64,000 nt of DNA from NCBI GenBank assembly GCA_965204375.1, contig OZ241986.1, positions 5,600,001 through 5,664,000 on the forward strand, read 5' to 3'. Below, piece by piece: positions 56,508 through 64,000 of the stretch (position 1 is the stretch's first letter; the number at the start of each line of letters is the position of its first letter). The stretch is from Candidatus Latescibacterota bacterium. GTDB taxonomy: Bacteria > Latescibacterota > UBA2968. Made by a program: the position numbers and the translations under genes. The notes beneath the pieces are model-generated. The model was not told where the DNA came from, searched no databases, and saw only the letters and a program-made list of their open reading frames with translations.

Positions 56508-58979
56508 ATGAATCCAGAACGCGATAAGCAAGCACCATTGACCGGGATTCGCGTTGTCGATTTCGGTCATTATATTGCCGGGCCGTTGACGGGGATGTTA
56601 CTCGCAGATCAGGGGGCTGAGGTGATTAAGGTGGATCGGCCGGGCAAACCGGATTGGGATACGCCGGCAAATGGCGTTTTTAATCGGGGCAAACAGCGCA
56701 TTACTCTTGATCTGAAAGATGTAGATGGTCTCGCGACTGCGGTGAAGTTAATGCGTTCGGCAGATGTGGTTATTGAAAATTTCCGCCCGGGCGTTATGCA
56801 GCGATTGGGTTTGGGTGCAGAAGAGATGACTGCGCTGAATCCGGGGTTGGTTTATCTCTCTTTGCCGGGTTTTGCTTCGACGGATGAAAGAGCACCAATT
56901 CGCGCATTTGAAGGTATTATCAGTGCGGCAATAGGTCAATATACAGATCTTCAGAGTAGAAGACCGGATTTGCCGCCTGTTTATACGCCGATGCCATTGG
57001 GTTCGACTTATGGTGCAATTCATGGTGCTATCGCTGTTACGCTTGCGCTGTATGCGCGTGAGGAGAGCGGGCGTGGTGATGTTATTGAGGTTTCTCTGGT
57101 TGGTGCGGCGATGTCTGCTATGGCGGTTATTATGCTGGATGTGGCGGATAAACCCGCGCGATATGGCACGCCGACTAATGCTGTTCGTCAGAAACAACGC
57201 AGTAGCGCGGGGTCGCCTTTTAGTGGTACGTTTCGGGCGGGAGATGGGCAATGGCTTTATATTATTGCGGCTGGACATTCCCGAAATAGTCGGTCACTGG
57301 TCAAGGCGCTGGAGGTGTACGATGATTTGATCGCGGAGGGGATGGTCGATGTGCCCGTGTATGAGAATCTGCATCTGACGAATAATATTCCCGATTCATC
57401 CCATTTGTCCAGTGAATGGAATCTCAAAGCGCGAGAGAAAATTGAAAGTGTGCTGGCGAGTGAACCCGCACAACACTGGGTCGATGTTTTGACGGCTGCT
57501 GGCGTGCCGTGTACGATTCAGCGCACGGCACAGGAGTGGTTGCACAAATCCGAGACCGAAGAGGCGGCTTTGACTGTTGTGGTTGACGATCCCGAATACG
57601 GTCAGATGCGGCAACTCGGCGTGCAGACGTGGCTTTCCAAGACGCCCGATGAATGCGCGATTCCCAGGCCGTCGAGACCTTTAGAAGCGTATCCGCAGAT
57701 GACGCAGATGAACGCAGATGGATCTTTTGCAGGTGGCGGTGAATCCAAATCTATAGAAGCTGCAAAACCCATTCTGGAAGGTATTCGCGTTCTGGATTTG
57801 TCCAATGTGCTCGCGGGACCAGCCAGTGCGCGCACGCTGGCGGAATACGGCGCGGAGGTTATTAAGATCGATCCGCCGGAGCCTTATTTTGGTCCGCGTA
57901 TTTCCAGTTGGTTTCCTCTGGAGGTCAGCCCTGGCAAGCGCAGCGTGATTTTGAATTTGAAAGACGAGGCTGGCAGGGTAGCTTTTATGAAGTTGGTTGA
58001 GACAGCCGATGTTATTGTTCACAATTTCCGGCCCGGGGTTGCGCAGAGTTTGGGTATTGGTTACGATGCTGTTAAGAGGCGCAAACCCGATATTGTGTAT
58101 CTCAATCTGACGGCTTTTAATGGTCCGCGTCCAGGTCCGTGGATGAATCGTCCGGGTTTTGATCCACTGCTTCAGGGATCGACGGGGATACAGATGCGCT
58201 ATGGCGGTGAGGGCAATAGACCGGTGTTGCACGGTTGGGCGTCTTGTATCGATTATATTACGGGATATTCAGCTACTTATGGCGCGGTGCTGGCGTTGCT
58301 CAAGCGCAGACGCAGTGGCGTTCCCGATGGCGGTGATTTTGTGGCGACTTCGCTCGCGCAGGGGGGGCAACTCGTGCAGGCGCCTTTTATGTATGCTTGC
58401 GAAGCCGGGTGCTCGGGCGATGAGCCGTCGGGACAGGGTGCTGTTGGTGAGCACGCGCTTCACCGCATGTATCGCGCGCGCGATGGCTGGGTTTTTCTGG
58501 GTGGTTTGGAGCAGGAGATGGGTAAGTTGAGGTGTGTTGTGGGGTTGGAGAATACACCCGATGAAGATGCTGGCGAGTTTTTAGAGGGTGAGATCAGAAA
58601 ACGCGATGTGGGTCATTGGGTCGAGGTTTTTAACGAGGTGGGACTGGCCGGGCATCGCATTGATTCGTTAGAAGATATTCGCGAGATGTTTTTGCACGAG
58701 GTAGGTGACGATAATTTGGACGCCTGGGATGATGGGCGGTCTATTTCTATTGTTCGTTTTACAGATCACCCGGTTGGCAGTGCTGTCGATCTCGCACCGC
58801 CCGCGTATGTGCGTTTGAAGAATGCGCCTGTTCAATTGCTCTACGCTTGTCCCAAACAGGGGGCGCATACGAGGGAGATTCTCGGGGAATTGGGTTATGA
58901 TGACGATTATGTTGACGATTTGATCGCAAAGGGCGTGGCGAAGGAGCAACTTCACAAATATTATTTGCCACACGGTTAG
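56508..58979 (+). CDS. tandem two-domain class III CoA transferase
   Basis: Two copies of L.GIRV.D....AGP...LA..GAEVIK.D and DV...NFRPGV. Confidence 0.92.
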   Translation: MNPERDKQAPLTGIRVVDFGHYIAGPLTGMLLADQGAEVIKVDRPGKPDWDTPANGVFNRGKQRITLDLKDVDGLATAVKLMRSADVVIENFRPGVMQRLGLGAEEMTALNPGLVYLSLPGFASTDERAPIRAFEGIISAAIGQYTDLQSRRPDLPPVYTPMPLGSTYGAIHGAIAVTLALYAREESGRGDVIEVSLVGAAMSAMAVIMLDVADKPARYGTPTNAVRQKQRSSAGSPFSGTFRAGDGQWLYIIAAGHSRNSRSLVKALEVYDDLIAEGMVDVPVYENLHLTNNIPDSSHLSSEWNLKAREKIESVLASEPAQHWVDVLTAAGVPCTIQRTAQEWLHKSETEEAALTVVVDDPEYGQMRQLGVQTWLSKTPDECAIPRPSRPLEAYPQMTQMNADGSFAGGGESKSIEAAKPILEGIRVLDLSNVLAGPASARTLAEYGAEVIKIDPPEPYFGPRISSWFPLEVSPGKRSVILNLKDEAGRVAFMKLVETADVIVHNFRPGVAQSLGIGYDAVKRRKPDIVYLNLTAFNGPRPGPWMNRPGFDPLLQGSTGIQMRYGGEGNRPVLHGWASCIDYITGYSATYGAVLALLKRRRSGVPDGGDFVATSLAQGGQLVQAPFMYACEAGCSGDEPSGQGAVGEHALHRMYRARDGWVFLGGLEQEMGKLRCVVGLENTPDEDAGEFLEGEIRKRDVGHWVEVFNEVGLAGHRIDSLEDIREMFLHEVGDDNLDAWDDGRSISIVRFTDHPVGSAVDLAPPAYVRLKNAPVQLLYACPKQGAHTREILGELGYDDDYVDDLIAKGVAKEQLHKYYLPHG
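57691..57720 (+). repeat. CGCAGATGAA repeat inserted in frame in the interdomain linker
   Basis: atccgcagatgacgcagatgaacgcagatg encodes PQMTQMNAD. Confidence 0.75.
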
Positions 58980-58992
58980 GAGGAGGGTTTAT

Positions 58993-59397
58993 ATGCCGCC
59001 AGAAGAAGCAGTTGCACAGGCGAGAGAACGGGCGATTCCCGTGCTGGATGCGTGGATGGCCGGTTTTAATGCGCTGGATCTACAGGCGTGGAAGGCGACG
59101 ATGCATTTTCCACATTTTCGCCTGGCTTCGGGAATTATGCACCGATGGGAAGACGCGGATATGGACGATGGGTTTATCGCGCGTGTGAGGACGGGGTTGG
59201 GCAATATCGGTTGGCACTATAGTGTTTGGACCCGGCGCGAGATCGTCCATTGTTCGGATGAGAAAATTCACGTTGATACGCAATTTACCCGCTACCGCGA
59301 AGACGGTTCGGTGATTGCCGCTCACGATTCACTTTATGTTTTGACGTATGAGGATGGCAGGTGGGGTATTAAATTGCGCTCCAGTTTTGCCAGATAG
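58993..59397 (+). CDS. NTF2/SnoaL-like protein
   Basis: FNALD......HFPH, FTRY..DG....SLYV....GRWGI..RSSF. Confidence 0.65.
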   Translation: MPPEEAVAQARERAIPVLDAWMAGFNALDLQAWKATMHFPHFRLASGIMHRWEDADMDDGFIARVRTGLGNIGWHYSVWTRREIVHCSDEKIHVDTQFTRYREDGSVIAAHDSLYVLTYEDGRWGIKLRSSFAR

Positions 59398-59402
59398 CTA
59401 CT

Positions 59403-60440
59403 ATGAGTTACCAGAGAGAGTTCGAGAGTCGGCTGAATGTCGGCGTTGTTGGTGTGGGGTCACATTGCTACAGGAATATCCTGCCTGCGATGCATTATCT
59501 TCCGGTGAGGCTTAAGGCTTTTTGCGATTTGAGGCTGGATCTCGCGAAGGCGACGGCGGAGGAATACGGCGTGGATGCTTGCTATGCCAGCACTGCGGAT
59601 ATGTACGCGGGTGAAGATCTGGATTGCGTGTTTATCTGTGTGTCTCCAGAAGCACATCCAGAGCTGGTGTGCGAGGCGCTGGATGCCGGGCTGCATGTGT
59701 GGATGGAGAAGCCGCCCGCTACGCTCGCTTCTGAGGTGGAAACCATGATGCGCCATCGCGGGGATCGCGTGGTTGTTGTTGGTTTTAAGAAGGCATTTAT
59801 GCCGGCGACCCGGAAGGTGATTGAGTTGATGGAGACAGAGGATTGCGGTCCGCTCAGGGGACTTTCCGCAGAGTACCCGATGACTATTCCCGAAGATGGA
59901 GAGCAGGTACTCAGAACGCGCGAAGCGCCCAATTGGCTGAAGAATGGCTGCCATCCGCTTTCGCTGCTGCTCGCTGTTGGAGGCGATGTTTCGGCTGTTA
60001 CTATGCATAGAAGCGATTACGGTACTGGTGTGTGTATTCTCGAATTTGCGAGCGGTGTAGTAGGGTCTTTTAATCTGGTTTCCGCGCGTCGGGGATGCGA
60101 GCGGTATGCATTTTGGGGGAATCAGCATGTGGCGATTGACAAAGACCTTCGCGTGACTCTGGAACGCGGTATTCCTTTTAATTATTCACGTACGACAAAT
60201 TATATTCCCACGGGTTTGGATTCTGGTGCGATCTCCTGGGAACCCCAGGATACGCTGGGGACCCTTGAGAATAAGGCGCTTTTTACGCAGGGTTTTTACG
60301 ATGAACTGCGCTATTTTTGCGATTGTGTTCTGGAGGATAGGACGGCAGAGGTCGGGTCCCTGGAGTTCGCTTTGTCTGTTATGAAGGTTTATGAGGCGGC
60401 GCTGATGTCGAGAGGGCGCAGGGTCGCGATTCCGCAATAA
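59403..60440 (+). CDS. Gfo/Idh/MocA oxidoreductase
   Basis: VGVVGVG, H...[13 protein letters not shown]. Confidence 0.9.
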   Translation: MSYQREFESRLNVGVVGVGSHCYRNILPAMHYLPVRLKAFCDLRLDLAKATAEEYGVDACYASTADMYAGEDLDCVFICVSPEAHPELVCEALDAGLHVWMEKPPATLASEVETMMRHRGDRVVVVGFKKAFMPATRKVIELMETEDCGPLRGLSAEYPMTIPEDGEQVLRTREAPNWLKNGCHPLSLLLAVGGDVSAVTMHRSDYGTGVCILEFASGVVGSFNLVSARRGCERYAFWGNQHVAIDKDLRVTLERGIPFNYSRTTNYIPTGLDSGAISWEPQDTLGTLENKALFTQGFYDELRYFCDCVLEDRTAEVGSLEFALSVMKVYEAALMSRGRRVAIPQ

Positions 60441-60449
60441 GGAGTTTTT

Positions 60450-61895
60450 ATGGCTGATCAACCCAATATTCTCTATATCTTTTCCGATCAGCATCGGGGT
60501 GATGCGATGGGGTGCGTTGGGCATCCGGTGGTTAAGACGCCAAATCTGGATCGTCTCGCGTCTGAGAGTGTCACTTATACGCAGTGCTATACCAATTGTC
60601 CGTTGTGTATGCCGTCTCGCGCATCTATGATGAGCGGTCTGTATCCCCGCGAACACGGGCTGTGGGCAAATGACCAGGATGCCAATTGCGAAGGTTCCAG
60701 CCATGTGCGTCAGGTGCGCGATGCGGGTTATCATACGGCTTTGATCGGAAAGTCACATCTCTATCTCCACGGCGGGGTGCCGGCTTCGCATAGCAGAGAT
60801 CGCGTCGATGTGCTCAATGCGTGGGGGTTTGACGATCCGCACGAGCTTCACGGTCCGATTGCTTCGGGGAGACACAGTTCACCTTATACGGATTATCTCG
60901 AGGAGATGGGGCTGCTGAGGACGCATCGAAAATTTATCAATGATTATCGCATTCCGTGGCAAAGAGGGACGCTCAAGCCCTGGGAGGAACCTCCCTGTCC
61001 ACTGCCTACTGAGGCGCATTTAGATAGTTATACGGGGCGCACTGCGGCGAATTGGATTCGCAATTACAGGGGCGATAAGCCTTTTTATTTGCAGGTTCTT
61101 TGTCCCGGTCCCCACGATCCATTTGATTCTCCACAGGAGTACCGGGATATGTACGATCCCGGGGATATGCCGGCTGGTATTATGGATGCGCCGGGTGATC
61201 CCGTTCCGCTGAATGTTCGACGTATGCAGAGGAGTAAGAATTTGTCGGGTATGACGGTTGAACAAAAGCAAATTATGATGGTGAATTATTTTGCGAAGAT
61301 TACGCTGATTGATCACTATATTGGCAAGATGCTGGACGCGCTTGAGGAAACGGGTCTCGCGGATAATACATGGGTGATTTACAATTCTGACCACGGCGAG
61401 ATGCTGGGCGATCATATGTTGTATAATAAGATCGTTTTTTACGATGCGTCTGTTCGCGTTCCCCTGATTGTGCGTCCGCCCGGAGGTTCGCGGGGTTGGC
61501 AAACCGGGGCGTTGACCGATGTGATTGATGTGGTCGCTTCTATTGTTGATATTGCCAATGCCGAACCTTTGCAGACCGATGGACGGTCTTTTGTTTCACA
61601 GGTTCAAGCCGGTGCGGATGCAGAGGGCGCGCAGAGGGGGAAGGATGCCGTGATTAGTGAGGTTTTGGGGCATACGATGGTGTTTGACGGGCGGTATAAG
61701 CTCGGGGTGGAATCTGTTTCGGAGAAGTCGGTTGAGCTTTACGATTTGGAAGCCGATCCGGATGAGCTGAATAATCTGGTGGAAGATGCTGAGCTTGAAT
61801 CCGTTCGTCAGGATTTGATCGAGACGCATATTGGACCATTGCGCGATCGCTTTGATCACGATAAATACCAGCGATGGGTAAATTTGAGGAGATGA
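60450..61895 (+). CDS. sulfatase (S1, Cys-type)
   Basis: PNILYIFSDQHR, CMPSRAS (CxPxR), GKSH, PHDP, SDHGE. Confidence 0.95.
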   Translation: MADQPNILYIFSDQHRGDAMGCVGHPVVKTPNLDRLASESVTYTQCYTNCPLCMPSRASMMSGLYPREHGLWANDQDANCEGSSHVRQVRDAGYHTALIGKSHLYLHGGVPASHSRDRVDVLNAWGFDDPHELHGPIASGRHSSPYTDYLEEMGLLRTHRKFINDYRIPWQRGTLKPWEEPPCPLPTEAHLDSYTGRTAANWIRNYRGDKPFYLQVLCPGPHDPFDSPQEYRDMYDPGDMPAGIMDAPGDPVPLNVRRMQRSKNLSGMTVEQKQIMMVNYFAKITLIDHYIGKMLDALEETGLADNTWVIYNSDHGEMLGDHMLYNKIVFYDASVRVPLIVRPPGGSRGWQTGALTDVIDVVASIVDIANAEPLQTDGRSFVSQVQAGADAEGAQRGKDAVISEVLGHTMVFDGRYKLGVESVSEKSVELYDLEADPDELNNLVEDAELESVRQDLIETHIGPLRDRFDHDKYQRWVNLRR

Positions 61896-61966
61896 CCACC
61901 TGAGATCCCCGTCAGAAGGACTCACCCAGTGGAATCGGTTGCATTATTGTGGGAAAGGAGAGATAA

Positions 61967-62431
61967 GTGAGCAAACTACTTGAGGAGATACTGGAGCGAA
62001 AGCGAAAGCAACAGGCCGAATCGGAATTTGAACATGTAGCCGTTCGTCAGGAATGGATCTCCAACTGCGAAAAGCTCATGTCAAGGATAACCGAATGGTT
62101 GAAGCCTCTCGAAGGCGAAAACTATCTCGAAATTCAGTTAGAGTACGTTCCGATTCGAGAAGCGTTGATTGGGGATTACGAAGCCCCAGCCCTACAACTG
62201 GTCTTTTTAGACAGCCTAATTCTCAATTTTAAACCGGTCGGGTATTTCGTTATAGGCTCTCAGGGCCGGGTTGATGTGGTTTCGGGTGGCACACGTCTCG
62301 CAATGCTGATTCATAAAGGGAATGATGAGTGGGATTTCGCCAGGAGAGAGGAAATGTATGGGAAACCCAGGACATGGCCATTTAATAGAGTAACCTTCGA
62401 GGTATTTCTGGCTGATTTCCTAGAAGAATAA
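61967..62431 (+). CDS. hypothetical protein
   Basis: AAGGAG RBS; W....L...I..WL...GDYEAP.L...P.G..VIG.QGRVD. Confidence 0.7.
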   Translation: MSKLLEEILERKRKQQAESEFEHVAVRQEWISNCEKLMSRITEWLKPLEGENYLEIQLEYVPIREALIGDYEAPALQLVFLDSLILNFKPVGYFVIGSQGRVDVVSGGTRLAMLIHKGNDEWDFARREEMYGKPRTWPFNRVTFEVFLADFLEE

Positions 62432-62433
62432 AA

Positions 62434-62964
62434 ATGCGCGAATTTGCTTACAATTCGTTGCTTCAAGATTACGCCTTGGTCCAACAGGGTGTGAAAGATC
62501 TTAGAGACGAGAATTTCGATTACCCCACGTCTGTTGAACGAGAGGAACACCGTACAGACCTGCTTGAGGAGATACGCAAGGACTATGCATTCAAGCTCCT
62601 TACGCTTCTGGAGGCAGACCTTCGAGAAGATTTTCTCAACTCTATCGAAAGTAGAAAGCGCGATACACTTAGCCGAGCGTATCGAGATTTATGTTTGGAA
62701 TATCGCAGGGAGACTCGTCAAATTAGCAAACGTGCTGCTCAGGCGTGTAGTCGGATGCCACTTGACCGGATATTCGACAAATTACGCGACTGTTTCCACA
62801 GTATTGATGAGGAATTTCGGAGGATATGTTCGGTGACCAAGGGGTACTTTAGCTTTCGGAACTGGTATGCACACGGTCGGATTCGCGCAATGCCGGTTGT
62901 TCCAGATCCAGAGGACGTATATGATGCGTATGAGCAGTTTCGAGAGAAGGTGTTGGATAGATAG
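62434..62964 (+). CDS. helical protein with an R-x4-H motif (HEPN-like)
   Basis: LLEADLR and FRNWYAHGR; starts 2 bp after the upstream stop. Confidence 0.6.
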   Translation: MREFAYNSLLQDYALVQQGVKDLRDENFDYPTSVEREEHRTDLLEEIRKDYAFKLLTLLEADLREDFLNSIESRKRDTLSRAYRDLCLEYRRETRQISKRAAQACSRMPLDRIFDKLRDCFHSIDEEFRRICSVTKGYFSFRNWYAHGRIRAMPVVPDPEDVYDAYEQFREKVLDR

Positions 62965-63014
62965 AGGTAGGTCTGCTTGACAATTATGTGGACAGCGAGA
63001 TGAGAAGGTTAGAG

Positions 63015-63045
63015 GCTGACTGCTGAAAGCTGATGGCTGATTGCT
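63015..63045 (+). repeat. heptamer tandem repeat (GCTGANN)x4
   Basis: gctgact gctgaaa gctgatg gctgatt gct. Confidence 0.7.
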
Positions 63046-63059
63046 TAGAAGGAGTTTTT

Positions 63060-63872
63060 ATGGATCGTTTGAAAGATAAGGTCGCTATTGTTACGGGTGC
63101 GGGGACGCGCGAGGTTGAGGATGAGAAGTTGAGAGGGATAGGGAGTGCGACTGCGGTGCTTTTTGCCCGCGAAGGGGCGAGGGTCATTCTGGCGGATATT
63201 GATGAGGGAAATGCGGAGAGGTCCCGGGCGGAGATTCGGGCAGAGGGTGGAGAGGCAGAGATTGTTTTGGCCGATGTTTCAAAGACGGATCAGTGTCAGG
63301 CGATTGTGGATGCGGCGATTGAACACTATGGGAAATTGGATATTCTGTTTAATAATGTAGGGGTTCACGGGCCTGGTAGGGTGACAGAAGTCGAAGAAGA
63401 GAACTGGCATCGCGTGATGGATGTGGGGCTTAAGAGTATGGTTTTTTTGTGCAAGTACGCGATTCCCAAAATGGCGGCATCTGGCGGTGGTTCTGTTATT
63501 AATATTTCGTCTATTGACGGTATGCGCGCTGGCAGTTCGCGCAATGTTCCCTATGGGATTACCAAGGGGGGGATTATTACGCTGACGCGATTGGCTGCGG
63601 TTCACCATGGGCGCGAAAATGTGCGTGTGAATAGCATTGCTCCCGGGCATCTGCACACGACTTTTGTCGGCAATATTCCCCAGGAGTTGCGAGATCGCCG
63701 CCGCAAAATTGCGCCGCTGGGCACAGAGGGAAATGCATGGGATATTGCCTGGGCTGCCGTGTTTTTGGGTAGCGACGAGTCGCGCTGGATTTCGGGCGTG
63801 GTCCTGCCCGTGGATGCCGGGCTTTTTGCGGGGTCGCCGCTGTCTATGTATGACAATTTGAATGAGGAGTAG
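63060..63872 (+). CDS. short-chain dehydrogenase/reductase
   Basis: KVAIVTGAG...GIG, NNVG, YGITK, VRVNSIAPG. Confidence 0.93.
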   Translation: MDRLKDKVAIVTGAGTREVEDEKLRGIGSATAVLFAREGARVILADIDEGNAERSRAEIRAEGGEAEIVLADVSKTDQCQAIVDAAIEHYGKLDILFNNVGVHGPGRVTEVEEENWHRVMDVGLKSMVFLCKYAIPKMAASGGGSVINISSIDGMRAGSSRNVPYGITKGGIITLTRLAAVHHGRENVRVNSIAPGHLHTTFVGNIPQELRDRRRKIAPLGTEGNAWDIAWAAVFLGSDESRWISGVVLPVDAGLFAGSPLSMYDNLNEE

Positions 63873-63899
63873 GTGAAACCTTAAAAAAAGGAGTTTTTT

Positions 63900-64000
63900 A
63901 TGGCTTATAAATTTCAACCCGATAAGATGTATCGCATGCCCACGCATTTTGGCCCGCTTATGGGTCCTCGCCAGGGGCCAGATGGTCGCAAATTTGAATG
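63900..64000 (+). CDS. partial CDS, possibly acetoacetate-decarboxylase family (N-terminus only)
   Basis: AAGGAG RBS; MAYKFQPDKMYRMPTHFGPLMGPRQGPDG... runs off the window. Confidence 0.45.
   Translation, partial: MAYKFQPDKMYRMPTHFGPLMGPRQGPDGRKFE

Overview
Bacterial chromosomal segment of roughly 50-55% GC, made mostly of catabolic genes: pectate and rhamnogalacturonan lyase-like proteins, aldo-keto reductases, class III CoA transferases, a PhyH dioxygenase, a sulfatase, TAXI-TRAP and MacB/FtsX transporters. It also carries psd, an RluA-family pseudouridine synthase, a 1-Cys peroxiredoxin and eno. I saw no rRNA, tRNA or CRISPR array. The main accessory region is a type I R-M locus (hsdM 12671, hsdS 15649, hsdR 24527) split by cargo. 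A REP-flanked RAYT transposase lies between hsdM and hsdS. Between hsdS and hsdR sits a translationally coupled four-gene minus-strand operon: [3xUbl-QQG-E2 polyprotein]-[JAB-E1 fusion]-[DUF6527-like Cys/His protein]-[ABC-ATPase/TOPRIM, OLD-like nuclease]. It is divergent from an XRE-HTH plus ImmA/IrrE peptidase pair, with two 17-bp palindromic operators between them. This ubiquitination-like module with an attached nuclease is the best candidate for a new, probably antiphage, system. Other notable items: a Rieske/heme-ci-type cytochrome b/octaheme HAO-like operon with no cytochrome c1; a permease bracketed by an ~83-bp duplication of the peroxiredoxin 3' end plus terminator; a PhyH enzyme with a halogenase-type HxG motif; an R-x4-H (HEPN-like) two-gene insert; many orphan or chimeric TA remnants; and several dispersed repeat families. 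All family calls come from reading motifs by eye, not from database searches.
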